A stretch of 63,068 nucleotides of DNA, the filler included, from Octopus bimaculoides (Eukaryota), in assembly GCF_001194135.2 (NCBI RefSeq). It is 6 parts of 5 records of this genome, joined end to end, with 100 filler letters (N's around TTAATTAATTAA, not from the genome) between each part and the next. Parts side by side here need not be neighbours in the genome. Positions count along the whole stretch, not along the records: positions 30,259 to 46,662 come from NC_068991.1; positions 46,763 to 53,817 come from NC_068981.1; 4 more parts are not named here. One strand, written 5' to 3'. The notes below the pieces were generated by a model. That model was not told the origin of the DNA and ran no database searches. It saw nothing but the letters and a program-made list of their open reading frames with translations. Position numbers and translations under genes: made by a program. Of the stretch, positions 38,242 through 51,065 are shown piece after piece; the stretch's first letter is position 1; each line of letters opens with the position of its first letter.

Positions 38242-38326
38242 TGTATCATAAAAATCTTCCAATGTAAACTGAGGAAAGCCCAAATTAACCATGTCTTCTT
38301 TACTTTGATGAATAACCTCTTTAAAC
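38242..38326 (-). CDS. OTUB1: Internal exon of an otubain-family deubiquitinase (OTUB1-like)
   Basis: ttgttgtag|G TTT AAA...GAT ACA|gtgagt, 85 nt; (R)FKEVIHQSKEDMVNLGFPQFTLEDFYDT aligns with human OTUB1 RFKAVSAKSKEDLVSQGFTEFTIEDFHNT; size and phases match the vertebrate exon as I recall it. Confidence 0.85.
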
Positions 38327-38439
38327 CTACAACAAAAATAAGAGCATAAAATAAACATTTTAAATTTCATAATATAAAAGCAGTTCAGTAAAAACATTGT
38401 CATTGTAAGTGGTGTCAGCAACAGCATCATTGTCATGGT

Positions 38440-38640
38440 CATCATGAGGTTTGTGTCTGTTTTCCATGCTGAGATGAGTTAATTAGGATGATATGCTATA
38501 AGTCATTTTTTATTTAGAGTTACTGCCTCAACTAGATGGTTCAGAGGACCAGTTATCACTCCATGGCTGGATGCCTTTCCTAATGCCAACTATTTTACAG
38601 TGTACAGGATGTATTTTATCACAGCATCAATACTAGAGAA
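38440..38640 (-). mobile_element. RTE-type LINE 3' tail fragment (similar at 42216-42560 and 56697-56820)
   Basis: gctggatgcc(t/c)ttcctaa.gccaac motif next to (CAT)n, the reverse complement of the 3' end seen at 57040-57310. Confidence 0.65.
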
Positions 38641-39607
38641 GCTGTCATGTTCTCAGCAAAACTACACAATCCCCTCAAGCCTATGTTGTGTCTGTTCATT
38701 TGCCAACACTTTACATAACACCAATACCAGAGGATGGCTTAGCCCTTTACAAAACTTATGTTTTCTCTACATTAAGTTGCCTCTTTAAGAAAAAAATTAC
38801 AATAATAGTAACAATTAATAATGTTCATTAAAGTTAATGAAGGTCACTTCAGATATTTGACCAATAAAGAATTTCAATATTTTCAAACATTTTTGTTTCC
38901 TGCAATGTAATTTTTGTCATTATAACAAAATTTTTTAATGTATCTAATGATATTTCACTATTATACAATCTAAGAGTAACACAGAAATGATCAGCTTTAG
39001 GTCTTAAAATATTCTCAATAAAAGGAAAGGTAATTACATTTTGCATTTTTGAGGTTCAATGCTGATTAAATACCTACTGGCAAAAACATTCTATATTTGG
39101 GGGCCATAATTTTTTTTCCATTAACCAAAACTCACAAGTATTGCAAAAAACCTTCTAAACAATAACAGAGATGTTTGTGAACTAAAGAAGTCAAGAACTT
39201 TAGTAGATATGAAAACAATAAAAATCAGAAAATGTTTTCAGAGTAGAGGGTAAGCAATGTGATAAAGAAGGCTCCAGATATTATCCTTTAACTTCAACGA
39301 GACCAGAATATCATGAGTTGTCATAGCTGGTGTAATGCCAGAAGTTATAAATGATACATAACGGTTATAGCTTTAAGCAGATCTTATAATACTTCCCCCA
39401 TTTAATAAAATGTTAGCGTGTATGTATATTAATGCATACACCATATTTATCATGTGCATTATGTGTAGGGATGGTTGACTAATTAAGGAGTATTATTTAC
39501 ATGTGGTTTTGGATTCAGCACCACTGCACAACAACTTGGGCAAGTGCCTCCTATTATCCCAGGCGGGGCAAGGGTTTGTGAGTGTATTCGGTAGGTGGAA
39601 AACAAAT

Positions 39608-39655
<48 letters not shown>

Positions 39656-39868
39656 CGCGTGCGTGTGTGATGGGCTCTCCCATTGAAGGCGACATGAAAT
39701 CGACGTTGTCTGAGCAGGTGCAAAAAGTACCACTAATCAGGTGTCGAACTGATCGCTGCACAGCATGAGGTGAAGTGTTTTGCTCAAGAACATAACTCAC
39801 CACCCAGTCTAAGAATTGAAATCACGATCTAGCAATCGTGAGTGCAACACCCCAACCACTAAACCATA

Positions 39869-39901
<33 letters not shown>

Positions 39902-39949
39902 CAAATACCATAAAACATAAACTCTTGATTAATATCTCTGCCTCTTGAG

Positions 39950-40141
39950 CAGTGTTTCTCAACCATTTTTTACCTATAGACCCTTTTGAATCCTATTTTA
40001 CTCAGAGGTACCTTTCTAGCTGTTTTGTGTTAAAAAAAATAACATTATATTTTTATAATCAAATATTATTAGGAATTGTATAAAAAAATGTGCATAACCA
40101 ATTTATTGCAGGTAAATTTTAACAACACAAGAGAACCACTG
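39950..40141. mobile_element. hAT (Charlie-like) MITE
   Basis: Termini CAGTGTTTCTC...GAGAACCACTG; flanks ctcttgag / ctctagag (7 of 8 match, NTCTAGAN-type target). Confidence 0.8.
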
Positions 40142-40639
40142 CTCTAGAGGATGCATCATAATTACCAAATGGCAATTAAGACCAACTCCACTTGAGGAGG
40201 GGAAACAACCTTGCGATTCAAGAATTTCTCCAAAGTTGAGATGCTGTTAAGGAAACAGACAGGCTTGTTGTCTTGAGATAAGAGAGCCGTTACAGACACG
40301 TGTTTCTGGTTCAACAGCCATCATCAGCACAATTGTCCTACCTCATATTCAGTAAAAATGGGACTTAGGCTTATATAAAAAAAGAATGAGAAGCATTTAT
40401 GGCCTAGGTAATTTGCATAAGAGAAATAACTTGGAGTGGTCAGTGGCATGTAAGAAGACATTCACGGACAAGAATTTATGTTGTATAGTATTCGATATGC
40501 TTATATTTGTCTATCATATATATANNNNNNNNNNNNNNNNNNNNNNNNNNNNNNNNNNNNNNNNNNTATATATATATTCTTTTATATGTTTCAGTCCAAT
40601 GACTGTAGCCATATACACACACACACACACACTCCTTTC

Positions 40640-41757
40640 TCAGTTTCAGATAGCTGTTGCTACATTTTTACTAAACCTTCTTTTGGGTTTCGGTGGATGA
40701 GAGCTCAATGTTGCTGCCCTCATTTGCATTTCTTGCATTGAGATAGGTTCATCTGGAATCTTAAATGATAGAATGTCTAGTTGTCTCTTGAAAACATTCA
40801 CAATATGTGATCTCTCAAGCTTTTTAGCAGAATACTGAAGTGCTGTGATACTTTGAAACCTAAATTATAGCAGTAGCTATTCCAAGCTCTAGATGACAAA
40901 AATGCACTATGCATCAGTGGCATCAGGTCTGGGGGGTTTTTGTAGCTTTCAATGCAAAAGCTTGCTGCATACCCATTAACGATTTTCCAGACGTATGTTA
41001 CTGCATAAGTTTCCCATCTTTGCTCTCGAGAATGAAGCTTTAAATTCTTTCAGTTTCTCCTAGTAGCTCATCTGTTGTATTGAGTCAATCCTCTCAGAGA
41101 AGAGGCATTGGATTGCTTTCAAGTTGTGCAGTTAATTTCACACTGTATGTGAATCTTAATTGACAGCAGTAGTCCAGACAGCTAAGGACAAAGGTCCTCA
41201 AAAGGATCAGCACATTCTCTTGGTTTCTTGTTTTGAAAGTTCTCAGAATCCATCTCGCCAGTTATCTATATATCATTACCATCTTAGTGATATCTGCATG
41301 AAATGATGCAGATATTAATCTTTAGGTCACAGGCTGATTGTGACACTGGAATTGCAATCCCTCCTAATCCAGTGTATCTTGGATGAAGTACATTTACATT
41401 TGTGGGTTGATAGTGAAGAGCTTTAATTTTGCCAACATTAAACAGCATGTTGCCTTACAGTCCACTTGTATGTTACCTTTAGATATTGTGGCAGGTAAGA
41501 ACCCTGACTATATCAGGTTTCTTTGTCACAAGTGATACTTTCTTGTCACCTGCATAGCTAGTGAAAGTTCCTATCTATATAACTGAGGGTATGTTTGATA
41601 GAGCTACTATAGAGGCTCCAGGGCAGTACCTTGACAGACTCCACTTACTGTTAATATTTTTTAGGCGAGAGTCCCATTGGTTACAACTGTCTGATTCCTA
41701 TCTATAAAAATGTCATAACACTCACCTCATTTTCTTTATGCCAAGATCCCACAGTAT
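40640..41757 (-). mobile_element. CR1/L2-like LINE 3' remnant
   Basis: Minus strand LWDLGIK...DRNQTVVTNG...VSGVCQGTALEPL...YAGDKKV (decayed SGVPQG and FADD motifs) and VFKRQLD...IPDEP-like C-terminus. Confidence 0.75.
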
Positions 41758-41813
41758 ATATATATATATATATGAGAGTATTGTAGTTTGCTTGAAGCAT
41801 TGTGTATTGTTTG

Positions 41814-42163
41814 TAAAGAATAAAGTATTTTGAGTGACAGAACAATGTACTATAATACAAACAATGGACTATAATAACTTTTGTAATTTAATCATCTATA
41901 GTCTGATATGATATTTCGGAATAAAATTCCTTCTTCGGATATCCCTAGGAGTTGATGGAGTCGCTGCTGTAAAAAAATAAAAAAGCAAAACCGTTGGAAA
42001 GCCGATTATAGCAGCGACTCCATCAATTCCTAGGGATATCTGAAGAAGGAATTTTATTCCGATATATAATATCAGACTACGGATGATTAATTTACAACAG
42101 TTATTATAGTCCATTGCTTGTATTATACTGCACTGTTGTGTTATTCAAAATATTTTATTCTTT

Positions 42164-42164
<1 letters not shown>
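41814..42164. repeat. Foldback element with about 155-bp inverted arms
   Basis: For example ggaataaaattccttcttcggatatccctaggagttgatggagtcgctgct versus agcagcgactccatcaattcctagggatatctgaagaaggaattttattcc; spacer about 40 bp. Confidence 0.9.
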
Positions 42165-42219
<55 letters not shown>

Positions 42220-43029
42220 TCATCATCATCATCATCATTCAATATCCATCTTCCATGCATGGGTAGAATGGTTCACAGGAGATGGCCAGGTAGAAAAATT
42301 ATCCTATGCTACTGTCTCTTTCGGCAGGGTGTTTAAGGCTGGATGCCCTTCCTAACACCAACCAGTCTGCAGAGTGGACTTAGAGCTTTTTAGGTAGCAC
42401 CAGCACAGGCGAGATTAGTTTTGGCATGATTTTTACAGCTGGATGTCCTTCCAAATGCCAACCACCTTACAGTATGGACTGGATGTTTTTTATGTGGCCC
42501 CAACATTGGCAGGGTCACAATGTAACTCACAAGGCAAGGAATTATGAGAGGGGCAGGGGCATTTGAAGAGAGGAACTCAAGTCAGAGGATGACAAAGAGA
42601 CAGAGAAGTAGAAACAGGTGTCTTTCTATAACAGACGGGGCATTGGAGGTGATCCAGTATCAGATGATGAAAGATTAGTGTGGCAGAGAAATAGGGAGGC
42701 AGAAATATATATAAATCTGTGTTGGTTCACCAGAAGTGATAATTTATCACACTAAATAGAAATGTATAGTATTTTTTAAATACATTATAACTGAGAGGCT
42801 CCAATTTCCAGTACTTAAGAGATACTCATTTCTGATCATCAGCTGATAAAAAGAGCCTACTTTTCTTTTGAAATATTCACTGTTGAATATTCTAATGTAA
42901 CTGAATGAACACTTGATATATCTATGTAAATCAAATAAGTTGCATGTTTCCTCTAACAAAGCATGGAATGTACATAATGTAGTTGCTAACACATATGATA
43001 GATTTCTATCTAATAACATAACAAATATT

Positions 43030-44700
43030 TATAAGAAACCTAGAAAAGAGGCTTAGCAGTTCATTAATATAGAAGCCAATGAGTTACTAGAAAAAGGCAC
43101 CCCACCCTTCTTTTATAAAATTAAAGAACCATAAAGTAAACTTCAAGAGTAATCCTAAGTGCACATTGACAAACCCAGCTAAACCAAAGTTAGGTGTAGT
43201 TAGTGAAAAAATATTAGAAAAGATCATTTTAAGAGTAAAAGTGGTTTCGTCATTACACTGTAGAAGCACAAAAACAGTTCAGGGGGTTAAAAGTGAAGGA
43301 AAACAATAGATTCACAGAGTTTGACATTGCTGGCTTTTATCCCTCTATACCCAAAACTCTGATAATGAAGGCCCAAGGTTTTGTGGATACAATCACTGAT
43401 ATTAGTGAATTGGACACTGATGTTATTATGCACTTATGAAAATTACTTTTGTTTTTCAACAATGACACATGGGTTAAGAAAAGTGGGGACAAATTATTTG
43501 ATATGTCAGTGAGAATATATGACAGAGCCCAGATGAGTAAAATTATGTAGGGCTATATATTTTAAATTTACTGAGAAATAATTTCCTGAAATGGACTTTA
43601 TATTGTGATGATGGCCTGATTTATCAAGAAATTCTAATAGTCCTAAATTAGATAAATTTAGAAAAACTTTAATCAAAGTATCTTGTTAAATATGATTTAG
43701 TATTGCTGTAGATACAGACCTTATCACCATTAATTTTCTTGATGCAATGTTAATACTGGATAGTGATATTTTCAAACCATACCACAAACCAAATGAGAAG
43801 TATATACACATAGACAATCGAATCAGCCACCTTGCATATTGAAGAACTTTATTGACAATATTAATTAATGGATATCCTCAATATCTTCTGATGAAGATGC
43901 TTTTATGGATGCAATTGCGTATTATAATAAGGTGGTGAGAAATAGTGGATTCTCAGATAAGATTAGACATGCAAAACACACTGAGAACACACATTGTAAA
44001 ATTAGGAATAGGAAAAAGAACATTTTATGGTACAAACCTGTATCTAACCTAGCAGTAAAAACTACTATAACTAGAGAATTCCTTAATTTAATAGATCGCC
44101 ATTTTCCACTAGGGCATAAGAATAATAAGATAATGAATAGGAACTGTGTTAAAGTTAGTTATTCAGCATGAAAAAAAATTTCAGTTGTTATATCAGAAGT
44201 ACGCTGAGAAGCTGAATGGAAGAGAGATGCAAACAGCAGGCCAACAAAGATTACACAACTTTAGAATTCATGAGAACTGCCCACTAGATGGTAACTGCCT
44301 GGCAAATTTGACAGTATACAGCACCAAGATTAAATCAAACAACCGAGATGAACCTAAAACATATACCAGGGCAATGGAACTTACATTTGAAAACTGCTGT
44401 TACTAGCACAAACATTCATTTGCTAGCCATGATACAAAATGCACAACAGCTTTGTTGAAATTTATTAGGTACATGCATAAAAGAAGTCCTCACAAATTCA
44501 AAATTACCTGGTCTATTGTGGATAATGTGCAATCTTACAGGAATGGGTGTTTCAAATCAAAGATGCAGTGTGACTGTTGTTTGAGTGAAAAATTGAGTGT
44601 TTTGATTTGAGGCAGTAACAATTTGAACAAAAGAACTGAACTGTTGACACCTTGTATGGATGTGGCTAAGTGCCTTTAAAGTAAATACAAGCCTCTTTGA
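43030..44700 (+). mobile_element. Decayed Penelope-like element
   Basis: FIKLKNHKVNFKSNPKCTLTNPAKPKLG, FDIAGFYPSI, KNILWYKP...FLNLIDRHFP...NRNCVKVSYS, NCPLDGNCL and GIY-YIG remnants. Confidence 0.8.
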
Positions 44701-46189
44701 ATTTTGTTCTGGTTTGAAAACAACATTAATTTCAAAATCTTTAAAATTAATATGTCTTGTGTCTATGTGTGCGTACGCATCTGCATGGTGCACGCAAAAT
44801 GGACACATACACATTCATTGTTTTTAAAAACATTAATTAAAAGTATTACTTAAAAGTATTAGTCTAAAACATTACTTAACAATGCAATTTTATATGTAAA
44901 GTTATTAGACAAACTTCGCTCAAATAAAGATTAAGATGTTTATAATACAATGTGAGAAGGAAGCAGTGGCTTTTAAATGTATGCTTACAAAGGTTCCTAA
45001 CAAAAGGATATAAAGATAAGCTTTTCTTCAAACTTGCATATTTAAAAAAAATATTCAAACAGCGAATATTCCAAAAGAAAAGCAGGGTCAGTCTACCAGA
45101 TGATGACTGGTAGCCTTTCAATTATAACATGTTAATCTTTTAGCATTTAAGCCAGCCATACCTGGCTAAAATATTCTACTTGATTTATGTTCAAACTGGT
45201 TAAACATGCCTCTCACACCAAAATTTTCAATATCATTCTAAAAATTAACAGTTACCTCATCATATATACACACACAGCGGAAATAGAAGATCCTTGGTAC
45301 AGTAGTGTATATTAGAAAAAATAATAAGAGAAATTTTCTTAATTATTTTTTTTCCATTAAAAAATTTTTTCTTTTACAGCACTCTGTTGGTTATAACAAT
45401 CAGGGTTCCAGTTGATCCAATCAACAAAACAGCCTGCTCATGAAATTAATGTGCAAGTAGCTGAGCACTCCACAGACGCACTACCCTTAATGTAGTTTTC
45501 AGGGAGAATGTGACAAGGTCAACCCTTTTAGATATCTACAAACTGTTAGATGTTTACGATTTGTAAACATCTAATTATCAAAGTGGAAAAAAAGTTGACA
45601 GAAAAGTCGATTTTATTCATTTTTTAAAATACACACACACATATATCATTACCATATACATACATATATATCAGTCACACATATATAATGTATGCATTTT
45701 GTTTATACACTCATTTGCTGCAGAACAGAGAAAGCTCCCCACATGATGCTGAGTGTTTAAGAACATTAAATGTCCTAGACAACTCAGACCTGAAATGACC
45801 AAGAATGGTAGATATTGATATTTCACCATTACTGTGGCTCCTGAATACCAAATTCTTGAACTACCTCAAAATGAAATGAATTGCTGGTCTGGGACTTAAA
45901 TGCAATTAGAAAGGATCTGTTTAGCTATGTTAGCATAAACAAATTTTGAATTGGTGGTAGTAATAGAAGCTGGGGGGTGTTGTATACCTGTCAGATTGTT
46001 AATGGCCTATTATTTCAACATGCAAATCATTAACAGAGTTTTTGGCAGAACAGTGAAATTTCATCAATTCTGTTCAAATGCATTTAATGAATTTAAAAAT
46101 GCTGATGTGATACAGCATAGCACATGCGAAAAAAAATTTAATTACAAATTAAAAGCTGCTCTAGTAATGAGAGTTGCTTCTAATTTGTA

Positions 46190-46662
46190 ATTTTTCTTCC
46201 ACATGTGCTATGCAGCAACACATCAGCAGACAGACTTCACTCTATTTGCACATAAGTCCCAGACTTGTGTGAGGGACCTTCCCTGGATGCTATACCACAG
46301 CAAATGAGCATATAAGCAAAACACATATTACACGACACTGCTTTTCCCCTTCCCAGGCTACAGGCCCACACCCCCAACACCCATACTGTTAGGATTGGCA
46401 CTCTCAACGTCGGCACGCTGAAAGGTAGATCTGGAGAAATTGTTGAGATGCTTGAACGGAGATGCGTAGATATGTGCTGCATCCAGGAAGTAAGATGGAG
46501 AGGAGGTTCTGCAAGGTTCCTCACAGGCAAAGAACACAGGTACAAGATTTTCTGGGCAGGGAACACTGACGGGGTCGGGGGCGTAGGAATACTTCTAGCG
46601 GAGAAATGGGTGGATAAGGTAATCGAGGTCGTTAGAGTAAGTGACAGAGTACTTAAGATCAG
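46190..46662 (+). mobile_element. RTE-clade LINE 5' part (APE endonuclease), cut by gap
   Basis: RIGTLNVGTLKGRSGEIVEMLERRCVDMCCIQEVRWRG...GVGGVGILLAEKWVDKVIEVVRVSDR; frame intact up to the gap. Confidence 0.9.
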
Positions 46663-46769
46663 NNNNNNNNNNNNNNNNNNNNNNNNNNNNNNNNNNNNNN
46701 NNNNNNTTAATTAATTAANNNNNNNNNNNNNNNNNNNNNNNNNNNNNNNNNNNNNNNNNNNNGGGGAAT

Positions 46770-47500
46770 GTTGGGGGTCAACAGCAACGGTATGTACCTT
46801 TTTCTTCCTTTTTCTTTTTCTTTTTCCTGCTATCTCCCAGGCATCCTTGGCTCCATCCTTTGTCATGTTCCCCTCTTCCTTGTTGATTGGCTCCTACTCG
46901 CAAACTCCCGCTGAATTTGCAATCGTTAGAAGCAGAGGTACAGTTTCCTTTCTGGTTGGTGTTCTCTATGGTGCCATTGTGAGCGGTGGCGGACATTCCG
47001 CTTTTATGTGGCCTTCTTAGCCACACTTGAAGCAACGTACTACCCTAAGTACTACCTCTTCATGTATTGTTATCGTTTCAGTGATCCTTTCCAGATCCTT
47101 CTGAGTGGCGTGGATAACCATTATCTAGGTGCTGCTCTTCTCGATTTGCCATGTTGATGCCATTTCCAGTTTCTTTGCATTCGGATTAAAAGTCGTGTAT
47201 ATTATTGCTTTTTTCTGCTGTCAACTTTATAATGTCGCTGGGAGGGACACCATGACATCTTGCCTCTCCCTGCGTAACAATATCTTTGAACTTTTCTCTA
47301 TCGACCTCTTAGTGCTCAGCTCTTCGCTGCGCCCTCTGGCCGCAGCTGCAAAATCTCTTCCTCCTACAATCTTTTCCATTTCAATCTTCCATTCCATTGC
47401 TTCAAGGCTCTTCAGCAATTCCTCTTCGGACGACGACATGTCCGAAGAGCCGAGGCTTTCATATGCCATAACTATTGCGGCGTTTCTTCTTCAAGTAAGG
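46770..47500 (-). mobile_element. gag-like/ORF1 remnant with CCHC zinc knuckle
   Basis: Minus strand RCFKCG*EGHIKAECPP (CX2CX4HX4C with one stop) downstream of ORF 47227-47469. Confidence 0.7.
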
Positions 47501-48477
47501 GGAAAACTGACAAACCAAGCTGCTAGTTTATATAATTTAAGGCGTTATATAATTTAAGAATTAGATACGATTCCCTTACATACAATGTACACTTATCGTA
47601 ACCATTACCATATGGGGTCACCTCGCAATTACGGACCACGTGGTTGGGAAGCAAGCTTCTTACCACACAACCACTATACGATATACATATATATATATAA
47701 CACGTACGTACATAAGTAGAACTTATATCTGGAAACTTCGTGACATACTTAAATTGTTGTAAAAATCAACAATAGGGCACCTGGAAAGGATCCTTATATC
47801 TACTACATATAACTAATATATTTTATTTAAATACCCAAGGGAAATAACCCATAGCATCTGCATTTACAATTGTCAGTTTTTAGCGAAGTTATCAATATTT
47901 GCTTCTCACGAACAGCGAACTTAATTCTGCATTTCGCTACTCACAGTTTTGAACTGCTAAACCTTATTATTGCACTTTCTTGATTTGAATCTTGAACCTT
48001 AAAGACATCATTCATACGTTTATATACATACATACTTTTATTGCGCTTATAAATACTACATTTATATTTTAGCTTTAATAAATTAGCCTTGATAAAGTTA
48101 ACCTTTAAACTGCAACGATGAGTAAGAGTACGAGTGGGTACTTCTACTTCACAAGCTGCTCTAATGCGACAACGGCAATCTCAAGTAAGTCTCCGATTTA
48201 TAATGTTTGACATTTACTAAATCAAACAATTATTTTTTGTCTATTCTACTTCAATACCTAAACAGTTATATACATATTGCTGTAATTAATTTAGACATTG
48301 CATTAATAGACATTTTTTCAACATCTCCAAATAACTAAATGCTGGTAATGCATGCAGGATTTTCAATTAAATTTGATTACATTTTGAATGCCCATAACTC
48401 CGATAATTCTGCATTTTCCCAGTTAAACATTTTCAATGACAACAGATAAATTTTTGATTCCAGAACGTATTTAATAA

Positions 48478-48569
48478 GTGTGTCCCGATCCTGCTTTTTC
48501 TCACAGACAACTGTATGTCGGCTGCTCTAGAGTTGGAAATCCGGAAAATGTATTCATCTGTGCACCCAA
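48478..48569 (+). mobile_element. Helitron/PIF1-type helicase C-terminal fragment, truncated by gap
   Basis: PAFSHRQLYVGCSRVGNPENVFICAP matches the FSHGQLYVACSRV helicase motif. Confidence 0.7.
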
Positions 48570-49390
48570 NNNNNNNNNNNNNNNNNNNNNNNNNNNNNNN
48601 NNNNNNNNNNNNNNNNNNNNNNNNNNNNNNNNNNNNNNNNNNNNNNNNNNNNNNNNNNNNNNNNNNNNNNNNNNNNNNNNNNNNNNNNNNNNNNNNNNNN
48701 NNNNNNNNNNNNNNNNNNNNNNNNNNNNNNNNNNNNNNNNNNNNNNNNNNNNNNNNNNNNNNNNNNNNNNNNNNNNNNNNNNNNNNNNNNNNNNNNNNNN
48801 NNNNNNNNNNNNNNNNNNNNNNNNNNNNNNNNNNNNNNNNNNNNNNNNNNNNNNNNNNNNNNNNNNNNNNNNNNNNNNNNNNNNNNNNNNNNNNNNNNNN
48901 NNNNNNNNNNNNNNNNNNNNNNNNNNNNNNNNNNNNNNNNNNNNNNNNNNNNNNNNNNNNNNNNNNNNNNNNNNNNNNNNNNNNNNNNNNNNNNNNNNNN
49001 NNNNNNNNNNNNNNNNNNNNNNNNNNNNNNNNNNNNNNNNNNNNNNNNNNNNNNNNNNNNNNNNNNNNNNNNNNNNNNNNNNNNNNNNNNNNNNNNNNNN
49101 NNNNNNNNNNNNNNNNNNNNNNNNNNNNNNNNNNNNNNNNNNNNNNNNNNNNNNNNNNNNNNNNNNNNNNNNNNNNNNNNNNNNNNNNNNNNNNNNNNNN
49201 NNNNNNNNNNNNNNNNNNNNNNNNNNNNNNNNNNNNNNNNNNNNNNNNNNNNNNNNNNNNNNNNNNNNNNNNNNNNNNNNNNNNNNNNNNNNNNNNNNNN
49301 NNNNNNNNNNNNNNNNNNNNNNNNNNNNNNNNNNNNNNNNNNNNNNNNNNNNNNNNNNNNNNNNNNNNNNNNNNNNNNNNNNNNNNNNNN

Positions 49391-49448
<58 letters not shown>

Positions 49449-50723
49449 CAGGCATGGGTGTCTGGTTAAGAATCTCGCTTTACAACCGTTTCGTTTCAGT
49501 TTCCCACTGCATTGAATCTTGGGCAAGCGTCTTTTCCTATAGCTCCTGGCCAGTCAGTGCCTTGTTAGTGAATTTAGTTGAGGGAAACTGCACTGAAGCT
49601 CGTCGTGTATAAATATATATACGTATGTATGTATGCACACACTCGCACACACACATATATATACGTTATATATGTATATATAATACAAAATGGGACAAGA
49701 ATGCAAAACATTCAGACAGTTAGTTGATACAAAAAAGGGGGACAACAAAACATCGAGATAGATGATACAAAGAAAACAAGGACGGGTCATTCAGAGTTTT
49801 CTTTCGTTAGTCGAGTTCCAGATTATCTTTGCAATTTCGGCTGGTTATATTCGAGATTGCTCCAATCTGGCCAACCCAAGGAAAAACTAAACTAAGAGCA
49901 TTAGATTTCTTGGAAGAAAGTAGCGAATGTATGCGAAAACAACGACGGATAAAAACGGAGAATGTTATACAATTACTAATAACAGGACATAACAACAGGT
50001 GTCTTTCGACTTAGGACGAATTAAATTGAGCTGTCGTGTGTGGAAGTAAAGCCTTAGGGCAGGGATACAAGATTTCACAGGCACAGGAAGGAATATAGAT
50101 GTTGCACAGACAGTGGCCGAACCAAGAAATATATATATATATATATATATATATCGTCTGTAAAAAACATAAATTCCAAAGAAGCACACTAATTTTTAAG
50201 AGGTCTTGGGCCAACAGGTTTTGAGATCTGACGATACGACATAAAACTAAACCCTTTATAGACAGGAAACCTAAGGTAATCCCATAAACCGGCCTTCCCC
50301 ATATATATATATATATATACATATATATATACACATTCATACAAACATACATACATACATATATNNNNNNNNNNNNNNNNNNNNNNNNNNNNNNNNNNNN
50401 NNNNNNNNNNNNNNNNNNNNNNNNNNNNNNNNNNNNNNNNNNNNNNNNNNNNNNNNNNNNNNNNNNNNNNNNNNNNNNNNNNNNNNNNNNNNNNNNNNNN
50501 NNNNNNNNNNNNNNNNNNNNNNNNNNNNNNNNNNNNNNNNNNNNNNNAAAATGCCAAGAAGGACGAAATGCTGCTAAGCAATTTGTCTAGCCTGCTAACG
50601 ATTCTGCCAGCCCACTACCTTATATAGGTAAATAATAACAATAATAATAATAATATGACTAACACAAATAGTCAAATACTGGAGCATAGAAGCCCTCGAC
50701 GGATAAAAAGTAGGGGTTGCCGT

Positions 50724-50756
<33 letters not shown>

Positions 50757-51016
50757 TATATATATATAAAGTAATGCCCTTATATAAATATATATATATA
50801 TATATACATATTACGATGAAGGTAAACAAACAAACGTATATATATACACGAGGGGGTAACCAAAAGTAACGGGAAACGTTCTCTGTGCGACAAGTCCATT
50901 GTGGTTCAGGCTTCCATGCTAGAAGCCATTTGATGCAACTCTCAGGCATCAGTCTGCGCCGACTGGCGTCTTTCTGTGGGGTATACGGCATATATGTGTG
51001 TGCGCGCGCGCGCGTG

Positions 51017-51065
<49 letters not shown>

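Noticed and set aside
41715-41757. Strong minus-strand donor GAG|gtgagt as a possible OTUB upstream exon
   Set aside because: The sequence is part of the CR1-like RT remnant (LWDLGIK...).
45093-45113. Hairpin CTACCAG-ATGATGA-CTGGTAG with a box C-like loop
   Set aside because: No box D or guide region at a suitable distance; a 7-bp stem is expected by chance.
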